A stretch of 64,000 bases of DNA from an uncultured delta proteobacterium. Its GTDB lineage: Bacteria; Myxococcota_A; Polyangia; Polyangiales; Polyangiaceae. The notes under the pieces are model-generated. The model worked only from the letters and a program-made list of their open reading frames with translations, made no database searches and was not told the origin of the DNA. The stretch is from assembly GCA_963696385.1 (NCBI GenBank), contig CAVOKF010000004.1, positions 1,056,001-1,120,000 on the forward strand, in the 5' to 3' direction. Positions within the stretch are counted from its first letter, which is position 1. The number at the start of each line of letters is the position of its first letter. Of the stretch, positions 21,333-30,496 are shown in pieces. The position numbers were made by a program, and so were the translations under genes.

Positions 21333-21788
21333 ATGAACGACGTGAACACCTTTCTGGCGCACGCCATCCAACTCGAACGCGACGCGGCGCGGCGTTTCGA
21401 AGACTTGTCGCATTCGATGCAAACCGCCGGCAACCGTGAGGTCGAAGCGCTCTTTCGTCGCCTCGGGGAGTTTTCGAGGCTACACCTCCAGACGGCCCTG
21501 GCGCGCGGCGGCTTCCGGAGCCTGCCGGAGATTTCACCGGCCGAATTTCAGTGGCCCGACGGCGTCACACCCGAAGCGGCGGGGTGGCAAGGTGTCGACG
21601 CCGGGCTCGACGTGCACGGCGCGTTGCAGGTCGCGCTCGAAGGCGAGCGCAGCGGCCACGCCTACTACGAGGCGATTGCCCACACCTCGGACGATCCCGA
21701 AGTGGCCACGATGGCGCTCTCGTTCGCGGAGGAAGAGGCGCAACATGTCTCCGAACTGGAGCGCTGGGTCGCACGTTTTTCGCCCTGA
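21333..21788 (+). CDS. Rubrerythrin/ferritin-like di-iron protein
   Basis: LERDAARRF, SRLH, GERSGHAYY, EEEAQH; paralogous to the C-domain of the upstream gene. Confidence 0.85.
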   Translation: MNDVNTFLAHAIQLERDAARRFEDLSHSMQTAGNREVEALFRRLGEFSRLHLQTALARGGFRSLPEISPAEFQWPDGVTPEAAGWQGVDAGLDVHGALQVALEGERSGHAYYEAIAHTSDDPEVATMALSFAEEEAQHVSELERWVARFSP

Positions 21789-21908
21789 CACCGCGGTCCG
21801 AAAAATGTCGTACGCTCAGTGTTCGCGGCTCCGGCGCTCGGCGCAGCGCTGGCGAATGTTCGTTTGTCATTTGCAGTTGGGCGATCAGCCCAGCACGCGA
21901 GGCTCGCC

Positions 21909-22115
21909 ATGACGGACCATGTGTACAAGATTGAAGAGTTCGTGGGATCGTCTCCGATTGGACAAGATGAGGCGATTCGAAACGCGATCAAGCGGGCGGC
22001 CGAGACGCTGCACCGTCTTCGATGGTTCGAGGTGACGGAAACTCGGGGCCAGATCACGGACGGCCGTATCGTGCATTGGCAAGTTACGGTGCGCGTGGGT
22101 TCGACGCTCGAATAG
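21909..22115 (+). CDS. Dodecin (flavin-binding)
   Basis: [11 protein letters not shown]...AI.RA.ETL..LRWFEV.ETRG...WQV. Confidence 0.92.
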   Translation: MTDHVYKIEEFVGSSPIGQDEAIRNAIKRAAETLHRLRWFEVTETRGQITDGRIVHWQVTVRVGSTLE

Positions 22116-22188
22116 TGCCTTCTCACGGCGACCCGCCCGATGAGATCGAGCGGGGGGCGCGTCACGGCCTTCATTGCCCGCCGTCCCG

Positions 22189-22331
22189 TGTCGCGACACC
22201 GACAAGACCTGGAACGAACGACATCGCTCCAGCCGGAAGTTGCCTCTCGTCACTTATGGACCGGCGCCAGAGCTCGGTCGGCGCCTTCTTCGATCTCATC
22301 GTCGACGAACGCCCTTGTCAGGAACCGTACA
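22189..22331. promoter_or_regulatory. two NifA UAS
   Basis: TGT-CGCGACACCG-ACA (22189-204) and TGT-CAGGAACCGT-ACA (22316-331). Confidence 0.7.
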
Positions 22332-22401
22332 GGGTCGCAAACCTCGCAAAGGCAACGCCGTCGACGCGACGAATGCAGCGGTAAAACAAGGCACTCCTGG
22401 C

Positions 22402-22416
22402 TGGCACGGGCGTTGC
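22402..22416 (+). promoter_or_regulatory. sigma54 promoter, consensus match
   Basis: TGGCACGGGCGTTGC. Confidence 0.88.
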
Positions 22417-22438
22417 GCTCAGGATGGGATGGAGCACG

Positions 22439-22783
22439 ATGGACGCCCCCGCAGCACTCGAATTACCGGTCGTTTTCCGACACCATGCGTTTTGCTGCTT
22501 TCAGCAACGCCCGCCGGGGCACCCACGCGGGAGCTGCTCCGGCCTGGGTGCCGGCCCGCTCTGGGAGCGCCTCAGCGGACAACTGCAAGCAAAGGGGCTC
22601 GCCGACGCTTCGCTGGTCGCGACGGGCTGCCTCGGCTTTTGCGGGGCCGGTCCGCTCATGGTCGTGTACCCCGCCGGGGTCTGGTACCAGCCGCGAACGC
22701 CCGCCGACATCGACGAGATCGTGCAGTCGCATTTCGTCGAGGGCAAACCGGTCGAGAGGCTCATCGTCGTGCTGAAGGGCTAG
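22439..22783 (+). CDS. Thioredoxin-like 2Fe-2S ferredoxin (FeSI/Shethna I-like)
   Basis: C.QQRPPGHPRGSC...TGCLGFC..GP..VVYP.GVWY. Confidence 0.88.
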   Translation: MDAPAALELPVVFRHHAFCCFQQRPPGHPRGSCSGLGAGPLWERLSGQLQAKGLADASLVATGCLGFCGAGPLMVVYPAGVWYQPRTPADIDEIVQSHFVEGKPVERLIVVLKG

Positions 22784-22802
22784 CGCACGCGAAGGAGACC
22801 CA

Positions 22803-23795
22803 TTGCAGGTGATCCCTCTTGCTCTGCCCCGGCCGTGGCTCGACGCTCCCGCAGCCGTGCACTTGACGGGCGACCGGCTGCTTCGCATCGAAGGAAGTGG
22901 CAGTCGGCGCTGGCTCAACGCGATGCTGACCGCGGACCTTCGCACGGCGGCTCCCGGCGTCGCACGCTACGCCCTGTTGCTCTGCGCAACCGGCGGGATT
23001 GTCAGCGACGCCTGGGTCGTCGAGCACGCTGTCGGGGAGCCCGAACGACTGACGCTCGTCCTGCCCGAAGCGTGCGCGGAGCGCGCCGCGAGGGAGCTGA
23101 CGAGATTCGTGGTCAATGAGGAGATTGCCCTGACTTTCGACGACGACGTCCGCGTCGTCTCCCTGCAAGGCCCCCGCGGCCGCGACCTGCTCGACATCGA
23201 CGGTCCGGTGGCCGTTGCAAACGCCTACCCTTGCGCCCGGCTGGGTCCGCAGGGACTCGACGTGTGGGTTCGAGCGCCGCAGGTCGACCTCGCGATGGCA
23301 CTCCTGTCGGCGAGCGCGTCCCGGCTCGGCGGCGGGGCGATGAACGCCATCGAATGGTGCTCGGCTCGAGTCGCACTCGGGGTTCCGCAGGCCGGAACCG
23401 ACTTCAACGAGACCACGTCCCCGCACGAGGCGGGGATCGAGGCGCGCGCCATCTCGTTCACCAAGGGCTGCTATTTGGGCCAGCAAACCGTGGCCAGGCA
23501 ACATCGCCGTGGTGGGCTCACGCAACGGCTCGTCCAGCTGGACGTCGAAGGCCCCCAGGGGGTCGAAAAAGGCTCGGGGGTGCGTGGCCCAAGTGGCGAA
23601 GAGGTGGGCCGCGTCACGTCGGTGGCCTCGGCGAGCGACGAGGGCAGCAGCGCTTTGGCGCTCGTCTACCTGACTGCGCCCTTCGCACAGGTCGGCGCTC
23701 GCGTGATGGTGGGTGAACGGCAAGCTCAGGTCCGAAGCATCGTGGGCCGGCTCGGGACTGCCGCGCCACCACACCACGCGACGGCAGGATGGTGA
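22803..23795 (+). CDS. YgfZ/GcvT-family folate-dependent Fe-S maturation factor
   Basis: AISFTKGCYLGQQ motif; start uncertain. Confidence 0.85.
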   Translation: MQVIPLALPRPWLDAPAAVHLTGDRLLRIEGSGSRRWLNAMLTADLRTAAPGVARYALLLCATGGIVSDAWVVEHAVGEPERLTLVLPEACAERAARELTRFVVNEEIALTFDDDVRVVSLQGPRGRDLLDIDGPVAVANAYPCARLGPQGLDVWVRAPQVDLAMALLSASASRLGGGAMNAIEWCSARVALGVPQAGTDFNETTSPHEAGIEARAISFTKGCYLGQQTVARQHRRGGLTQRLVQLDVEGPQGVEKGSGVRGPSGEEVGRVTSVASASDEGSSALALVYLTAPFAQVGARVMVGERQAQVRSIVGRLGTAAPPHHATAGW

Positions 23796-23985
23796 TCTGC
23801 CGCTTTGCGTCCGGCTTCTCCGGAGCCCGAGCCCTCCATCGCATCTTCGTCGCTTGCTGCCATGGGCAACGATATGGCGACAAGTGCTTTCCGGGCACTC
23901 AGGCCGTCCATCATGGGATTACGTTGCGTCGACGACGAGAGTTCGCGCCGCGAATACTTGGGGCGCGGAAACGTTTCGGCAACAC

Positions 23986-23999
23986 TTGATTAACATCAA
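23986..23999. promoter_or_regulatory. FNR/FixK box upstream of nifA
   Basis: Perfect TTGAT-TAAC-ATCAA in an AT-rich patch. Confidence 0.85.
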
Positions 24000-24126
24000 A
24001 GGTAGTCTTCGCACGCTTTTCAGTTATGGGCCGATTTTTACTCGGCGGACGATTGCGAGGCGGCCCAGCGGGTGTAACGTGATTGGGTGACACGGAAACG
24101 GCAACCGTGGAACTGAGCGCAGCCGA

Positions 24127-25923
24127 TTGATGCGATCCTCGACCCTTTCGCCCGTTCCTTCCTATTCGGATGGCGAAGCCGTGCCGGATTCCGATGAGCG
24201 AGCTGAGCCCGGCTCTGCGAACTCGGAGATCGCGCTCTACGGTGTCTATGAGATCTCCAAAGTGCTCAACGAGCCAGGACGCCTGGAGGTCACACTCGGA
24301 AAGGTGGTCCATCTGCTGTCGAGCTTTCTCGACATGCGACATGGCTTGATCGCTCTTCTCGGGGAGCGCGGCGATCCGGAGATTGTCGTGGGAAGCGGAT
24401 GGAGCGAGGCCACGGCAAAGCGGTATTTCGATCGCCTGCCCGAGCGCGCCATCGGACAGATTGTCGTCACGCAGATGCCTCTCGTCGTCCCCAACATGAG
24501 GGACGAGGCGCTCTTCGAAGGGTGGGACTTCTCGGGCGACCGGGATGTGGCCGGCGACATTGCGTTCATCGGGGTCCCCATCAAGGACCGGGGAGAGGTG
24601 GTGGGGACGCTCACGATCGATCGAGAACTGGGGCCGCAGCGAGCCGTCCCGCTCGATGACGATGTGCGTTTCCTCGCGATGGTCGCGAACCTCGTCGGGC
24701 AGACGGTTCGCCTCCAGCGTATGATTGCTCGCGATCGCGAACGGCTCATGGTCGAGCGAGCGCGTCTCGAGAAGAGCGTCGAGCGGAAGACGTCGCCGGA
24801 CGAGAGCCACGCGCTCGGCGACATTTTCGGTGGGAGCAAGGCTCTCCATGCCGTCGTCGAGAAGGTGCGCATCGTTGCCCGGAGCAACTCGACGGTTCTT
24901 TTGCGAGGCGAGTCCGGCACGGGCAAGGAACTCTTCGCTCGCGCCGTCCACGATCTGTCGCCACGCCGCGATCGGGCGTTCGTGTCGGTCAACTGCGCCG
25001 CGTTGCCTGAGGCCGTGCTCGAGTCCGAGCTTTTCGGGCACGAGAAGGGAGCGTTTACGGGGGCGGCTTCGCAGCGCAAGGGGCGCTTCGAACTCGCCGA
25101 CGGCGGCACGTTGTTTTTGGACGAGATCGGAGAGATCTCACCTGCTTTTCAGGCCAAACTCCTTCGGGTGCTCCAAGAGGGGGAATTCGAGCGCGTCGGA
25201 GGGACGACGACGCTGAAAGTCAACGTGCGCCTCGTCGCGGCCACCAATCGCAATCTCGAGGAAGCGGTAAGTCAGCGCGAGTTTCGCGCCGACCTCTACT
25301 ACCGGATCAGCGTCGTGCCCATCTTCCTGCCGCCGCTGAGGGACCGGCCCAGCGATATCCCGCCGCTCGCCGAAGAATTTCTTCGGCGGTTCAACGAGGA
25401 GCACGCCACGGGACTCACCCTCGGGGCCGGTGCGATTTCCGTGCTCACGTCGTGTTCGTTTCCCGGCAACGTGCGTGAGCTCGAGAACTGCGTGCGTCGC
25501 ACCGCAACGCTCGCGGCAGGAACCACCCTGGTCGCGGACGACTTCGCCTGCAAGCACGACGAGTGCTTGTCGGCCGTCCTGTGGAAAAAGCCGATGCAGC
25601 CGCCCGACGTCGGCTTTGTCCCGTTGCCGATTACTCGTGCGCGAAGCGTTGCGCACGGCAGCGTGTCCGCGCCGGCGGGCCCGGGCTGCCAACCATCCGC
25701 CTCACCTGAGGGTGAATCCGAATCCGTCACGATCTCGCTGTCAGGGTCGGATCGTCCGGCGCCGGTCGCCCAGGGGGCCAACAAGAGCGATCGAGATCGA
25801 CTCATCGAGGCCATGGAATCCGCAGGCTGGGTTCAAGCGAAGGCGGCGCGTCTTCTTGGAATCAGTCCGCGACAGATCGGCTATGCGCTGCGCAAGTACG
25901 ACATCGAAATCAAGAGGTTTTGA
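24127..25923 (+). CDS. nifA: NifA sigma54 activator (GAF-AAA-HTH, Cys-linker type)
   Basis: [15 protein letters not shown]-x11-C-x19-C-x4-[19 protein letters not shown]; true start may be downstream (GTG 24181). Confidence 0.96.
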   Translation: MMRSSTLSPVPSYSDGEAVPDSDERAEPGSANSEIALYGVYEISKVLNEPGRLEVTLGKVVHLLSSFLDMRHGLIALLGERGDPEIVVGSGWSEATAKRYFDRLPERAIGQIVVTQMPLVVPNMRDEALFEGWDFSGDRDVAGDIAFIGVPIKDRGEVVGTLTIDRELGPQRAVPLDDDVRFLAMVANLVGQTVRLQRMIARDRERLMVERARLEKSVERKTSPDESHALGDIFGGSKALHAVVEKVRIVARSNSTVLLRGESGTGKELFARAVHDLSPRRDRAFVSVNCAALPEAVLESELFGHEKGAFTGAASQRKGRFELADGGTLFLDEIGEISPAFQAKLLRVLQEGEFERVGGTTTLKVNVRLVAATNRNLEEAVSQREFRADLYYRISVVPIFLPPLRDRPSDIPPLAEEFLRRFNEEHATGLTLGAGAISVLTSCSFPGNVRELENCVRRTATLAAGTTLVADDFACKHDECLSAVLWKKPMQPPDVGFVPLPITRARSVAHGSVSAPAGPGCQPSASPEGESESVTISLSGSDRPAPVAQGANKSDRDRLIEAMESAGWVQAKAARLLGISPRQIGYALRKYDIEIKRF

Positions 25924-25967
25924 AAGCCACGCGCAGCGATGCCTACGCGTGTCTCGTCAGCAAGCCC

Positions 25968-26720
25968 TCAAGACTCGAGCGACGTCACGCGATACTCGAC
26001 CGCGTCGTCGAAAATGCGTGTTCCGCCGCCTTCGGCGACGATTTGCATGAGCCTCTCGGGATCTCGGACGACGACCCCGGCGAGGTAATTCACGCCGAAA
26101 TCCGACCATTCGGACATCCAAGGAACGCTCGGACCGAGAAGCACCACAGTGGCTTTTCGGCTGAGATCCAGCAGGCGCGGCATGGTTTTGTTCGCGATCG
26201 CGCTTGCCGTCACAAAGACCCAGTCCGCCTTCGGAAGTACGGTTTCAGCCGCCGTGTCCGGCAGCGTGCCGGGGGTCGCGCGCCGTTCGATGCAGATGTA
26301 CCGGAATCCCGCCCACAGCATATCGAGGCCTGGATAGCGCCCGATGACCACGACCTCGGCGCCGTCCAGTCGGGGAGCGAAGTGCGCGAACACGCGCAAG
26401 TGAGCGGGCGCTTGCGCGACGATGGCTTGCGACCGCGCCATGCAACGATTGTCCGGGTCGTTGACCACGGCATTGATCGCGGCGCAGCCGACGGCCGCTT
26501 CGCAGGGATCGAAGCTTCGAACCCAAGGAGCGACTTCGGCGACCGGGCGACCGGCGAGCGTTCCAGGGAATGCGAGGGTCCGCGGCGGATCGACGGGGCT
26601 AAAGCAGAGGCCCGATTCGCGTACTTCGGCCACGCTCCAGTTCAAGCCGAGGAGCACGCGTCGGAGCGGCTGGGTAGAGCGCGCTCGGTCGACGAGCAGG
26701 TCGTAAAGGTCCCAAGGCAC
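25968..26720 (-). CDS. DUF364 (Rossmann-like) protein
   Basis: GCAAINA, VVVIG, VFVTASAIANKTMPRLL, VLLGPSVP. Confidence 0.8.
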   Translation of the reverse strand: MPWDLYDLLVDRARSTQPLRRVLLGLNWSVAEVRESGLCFSPVDPPRTLAFPGTLAGRPVAEVAPWVRSFDPCEAAVGCAAINAVVNDPDNRCMARSQAIVAQAPAHLRVFAHFAPRLDGAEVVVIGRYPGLDMLWAGFRYICIERRATPGTLPDTAAETVLPKADWVFVTASAIANKTMPRLLDLSRKATVVLLGPSVPWMSEWSDFGVNYLAGVVVRDPERLMQIVAEGGGTRIFDDAVEYRVTSLES

Positions 26721-26724
26721 CGAC

Positions 26725-27289
26725 TCAGCCCACTCGTGCGCTCACGCGGTCGCCCCCCCTCGCGATCTCGCCCCACCAGTTTTTGAGAACCCAGAGATGG
26801 GCGTCGAGCATCGTTGCCATTCCGTCGCGCAAGGATAGCCAGTTGTGGACCATCCCGCGAGGCACGGCGGTCAGGACCGGGCAGCCACTGAATGTGGCCC
26901 GTGCCAGCTCCCGTCTGAGCCCGTGTCCACGTCCTTCCTCTTTACCGAAGCGTGAGACGAAAATGAGAATCCGCGTCGGAGTCAATCGCGGCTCGAATTC
27001 GGCCGGCCGCGTGCCGGAGCGCAGTCGGGTTCAGCGCACAGTCCTCCGCCCCCCGTCCGAGGTCTCGACAAATCGAGAACGTCTCGCCCGTGGCGACGTC
27101 GCGCAACATCCTCGGCGCGTTGGGCCCGCATCCCGGGCTGCCCCGCGGAAGCTGAATGACTCCCCCCAATCGAACGCCTTCGGTCGCAAGGTCACGTGCG
27201 AATACGAGCAGGAGCTCGTCCACCGCGACGCCCACGTCGTAAACCACGGCGGCGAGCTTACGCGGGTCCATCGTCACTGCGTCGTCCAT
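26725..27289 (-). pseudogene. DUF2478-family protein with +1 frameshift near 26968
   Basis: GVRLGGVIQ..ICRDLGRGA..CALNP in one frame; IFVSRFGKEE..G.GLR..PVLTAVP in the next. Confidence 0.75.
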
Positions 27290-27640
27290 CTCTCTCTCCG
27301 CTCCCCCGGTTCGTACAGTCACCGACACAACGACGGCCGCTCGGCGGTCTTGTCCGCCTCTGTGGCGTTCGCAAGCGCCGCGCCAGATCCCGGGCACCCG
27401 CTCGCCGGCTCGGCCTGGACACCGCACACCCGTGTGCGAGCTCACTCATTTCCCTCATCGCGGCTCACGGCCCATCGCGGCTCAACCCGCCGGGGTGCTT
27501 CTCTTAGGCCTCGCAGCCGGAGGCCGGGCTGCACGTGCGCCGGCCCTGCGGTCGAATGGAGGGTCGGAAATGTTACAAAAAGCCGTGTCGCAATTGTTGC
27601 TTTTGCGACCTGCGAGCGCAGGGAGCCGCGTTCGTTCGCG

Positions 27641-27695
27641 ACCTTAGAAGGCCTAAATCGTCCGTGCCTCTAGGAGCCACCTTACAAGGCCTAAA
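27641..27695. repeat. 17-bp direct repeat x2, candidate operator
   Basis: ACCTTAGAAGGCCTAAA (27641-57) and ACCTTACAAGGCCTAAA (27679-95). Confidence 0.65.
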
Positions 27696-27892
27696 AGGAA
27701 ACCAGGTCATGTTCTACGTAAGGCCGATTTCGCGCGAGCTTGCCGCCCGCGCAACGGACAATTGAGCCGTTTCCTTCGGGACGGTGTCCGTGCCGAGTCT
27801 CGACGGATACCGCGGCCACGCATCCCCGAAAGTGTTTCTTTTTAGTTCCCATTAAGGCCTGACTGTTGCACACGGGTGCTACCACCTCACCG

Positions 27893-28837
27893 ATGAAGCG
27901 CGCTCGGCCCCCTCTGTCACCTCAGGACGTTCATCGCGGGGAGGCCCTGCTCACCACAACGGAGGTGGCGGGGCTTCTGCGCGTTCACCCGAAGCATATC
28001 TACCGACTGCTGCGCAGGGGCCTCCCGGGGCACCGCGTCGGCGGCGAATGGAGGTTCTTCTCCGAAGAGGTTCTGCGATGGTCGGGTGCCCCGCCCGCGC
28101 CGAGGCGGCCCGGGCGTCGTGCCGACCCCGTGCCACGAACGGAGGTGCTTCGTTCGGATCCCGCGCCGCTCGTTGCGGCCAACGGCGATCTCGTGGTGGA
28201 GTACCTCCTGTCGCGGCTGACGGCCACGGGTCTCCTTTTGTTCGGTCATGTGCAGGCCGATCGGAGTGAGGGGCTCGAGCTCTTGAAGCAAGGCAAGGTC
28301 CTTGCTGCCGGCTGTCATGGAAACGAGATCCCCGGCGAGCTCGCCAATCAGCGTTTGGCCTTCATCCATCTCGTCGATCGCCAAGTGGGCCTGGCTGTGC
28401 GTCGGGGCCTGCGCGTACGCAGTCTGCGCACCCTGGGACGCCTCAGGCTGGCGAGCCGCCCGCGAACAGCGGGCGTACGTGTCCGCTTCGACCACGAGCT
28501 CCGCCGGCTGGGTGTCGACCCGGATGCGGCGCACGCGGGCGCCGTCGTTTTGCCTTCGCATCGTGAGGTCGTGTGCGCTGTCGCCCGGGGCGAGGCCGAC
28601 GTCGGTCTCGCTTCGCTCGCGTGGAGCGGTCGCGTCGGGTTGGACTGCCTGCCGCTCTGCCGCGAGCCGTACGGCCTTCTCGTGCGCGCGAGCCTGCTTG
28701 GCGACCCTCGCGTGGTTCGACTTTGCGAGGTCGCGCAGGACTCCGTGTTTCGCCGCGAGGTCGGCACAACCCCCGGATACGACGCCCGATTAACGGGCAC
28801 CATTTCCTATCTGTCACCCACGAAGAGCCCATCATGA
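27893..28837 (+). CDS. Excisionase-type HTH plus periplasmic-binding-fold regulator
   Basis: LLTTTEVAGLLRVHPKHIYRL...RVGGEWRF; SHREV..AVARGEADVG, EPYGLLV. Confidence 0.85.
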   Translation: MKRARPPLSPQDVHRGEALLTTTEVAGLLRVHPKHIYRLLRRGLPGHRVGGEWRFFSEEVLRWSGAPPAPRRPGRRADPVPRTEVLRSDPAPLVAANGDLVVEYLLSRLTATGLLLFGHVQADRSEGLELLKQGKVLAAGCHGNEIPGELANQRLAFIHLVDRQVGLAVRRGLRVRSLRTLGRLRLASRPRTAGVRVRFDHELRRLGVDPDAAHAGAVVLPSHREVVCAVARGEADVGLASLAWSGRVGLDCLPLCREPYGLLVRASLLGDPRVVRLCEVAQDSVFRREVGTTPGYDARLTGTISYLSPTKSPS

Positions 28838-30486
28838 AGAATGCGACGACACGATCGGTGGTCCAAAGAGTGCGCGCGCGCGGCTTCGGCGTTCTCGTCG
28901 GCGCGCTCCTTGCCACGGCGGCCGTGTACGCGTGCTCGAGCAGCACCACGAGCCCGGCCGCCTCAACGGGCAACGACTCGGGTGCGGAGGCGGCGAGCGC
29001 GAGCGATAGCGGCGGCGCAGACGTCGGCAGTGACTCCACCACTCTGCCGGTGAACGATTCGGGCGCTTCGCTCGATAGCGAGTCGGGTTCGATCGCGCAG
29101 AGCGGCAGCGACAGCGCTGGCAGCGACAGCGCTAGCAGCAGCTCCAACTGCAATCAGGATGGTGGATCGCTGCCTTTGTGCAGCAGTTTGCCAGGCACCC
29201 TCGTGTACATCCAGTCGGCCGACACGCAGGAGACTGTGCTCGACATCGTGGGTCGCGAGCTCCGCGACAGCGCAAACATCACGCTCGCCTTCGAGCTCAC
29301 CGGGTCGTGCACCGTCGTGCCGGACCTTTACCAGGCGACCCCGTTCCCGACGAACACGAACCTGCTCTACATCCCTTCGACGGCGGAGTGCCCAACGTGG
29401 ACGAGCTCGGATCCCGAGCTCACGTGCGTGACGAGCGCGAGCGACACCACCCCGATCGACCTTGGCATTGCGGCGCTTTTTCCCGCCAGCTGCGACGACG
29501 GTCCGCCGCCGGCGGGTATCGGCACCTTCATCGGGCCCATCCAGGCGTACACGTTCGTCGTTCCGACGGCGGAGTTTCAAACCCAGACCGCCATCTCGGC
29601 CGAGGAGGCCTACTACGCATTCGGCGACGGCCTGAACAACCCGGTCACTTGGAATGGCAACGCCGAGTGGAACGTGCCATCGCAGTTCTACCTCCGCCCC
29701 TCCAGCAAAAGCACGTTGGTCTCTACCGCCCTCAACATCGGCCTCACGCCGACGCAGATGACGCTCGCGACCGCGGACGGCGGGACGTCGGACGGGCGGC
29801 AACTCTTGGCGAGCTCGACCGATGTCGTCACTGCGGTGGCGGCTGCAACGAGCCCCCAGGCCATCGGCATTCTGGGATCGGAGGTGTACGACGGCGACCG
29901 TGGCAAGGGAATCAACGTCCTGGCCTTCAGTGGCTTCGGGCAAACCAACCAGTATTTCCCCGACTCGACGACGACATCGTTCGACAAGCAGAACATCCGC
30001 AACGGAAACTACACCCTTTGGTCGCCCGCGGTCCTCATTGCCCCGGTCAGCGCCGACGCGGGAGTTCCGTCCAACCCGACCGTGAAGTACCTCACTGATG
30101 TCATTCTCGGGAACCCGGGCGCAACGCCGCCCGGCGGGTTCGTGGACGGCGGAGAGCCGATCGACGGGCTCGGAGCGACCGTGAGTGCCGGGCTCACGCC
30201 AGACTGCGCGATGCAAGTCCAAAGGTCCGCCGACGGGGCGCCTGTGACCTCGTACACCCCACCGGCGCCCTGCACGTGCTACTTCCTGAGCAAAGTTCCG
30301 AGCGCGGCGGCACTTCCGGCGAGCTGCGTGGCGTGCTCCGCCAGCACCCCCTGTGCGACCGGGAGCTGTTTCAACGGCTACTGCGAAGTCACGCCGCCCC
30401 CTGCCGTCACCGCGACGCAGATCACCAAGACGGGCCTGGTGTTCCCGACGACCGCCGACGGCGGCCTTGCGCCACTCAATCCCTAG
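28834..30486 (+). CDS. Lipoprotein with PstS/PBP-like fold
   Basis: Lipobox AVYAC, S/D/G-rich linker, RPSSKST, QAIGILG, FDKQNIRNGNYTLW, Cys-rich tail. Confidence 0.65.
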   Translation: MKNATTRSVVQRVRARGFGVLVGALLATAAVYACSSSTTSPAASTGNDSGAEAASASDSGGADVGSDSTTLPVNDSGASLDSESGSIAQSGSDSAGSDSASSSSNCNQDGGSLPLCSSLPGTLVYIQSADTQETVLDIVGRELRDSANITLAFELTGSCTVVPDLYQATPFPTNTNLLYIPSTAECPTWTSSDPELTCVTSASDTTPIDLGIAALFPASCDDGPPPAGIGTFIGPIQAYTFVVPTAEFQTQTAISAEEAYYAFGDGLNNPVTWNGNAEWNVPSQFYLRPSSKSTLVSTALNIGLTPTQMTLATADGGTSDGRQLLASSTDVVTAVAAATSPQAIGILGSEVYDGDRGKGINVLAFSGFGQTNQYFPDSTTTSFDKQNIRNGNYTLWSPAVLIAPVSADAGVPSNPTVKYLTDVILGNPGATPPGGFVDGGEPIDGLGATVSAGLTPDCAMQVQRSADGAPVTSYTPPAPCTCYFLSKVPSAAALPASCVACSASTPCATGSCFNGYCEVTPPPAVTATQITKTGLVFPTTADGGLAPLNP

Positions 30487-30496
30487 AGCCCCGAAC

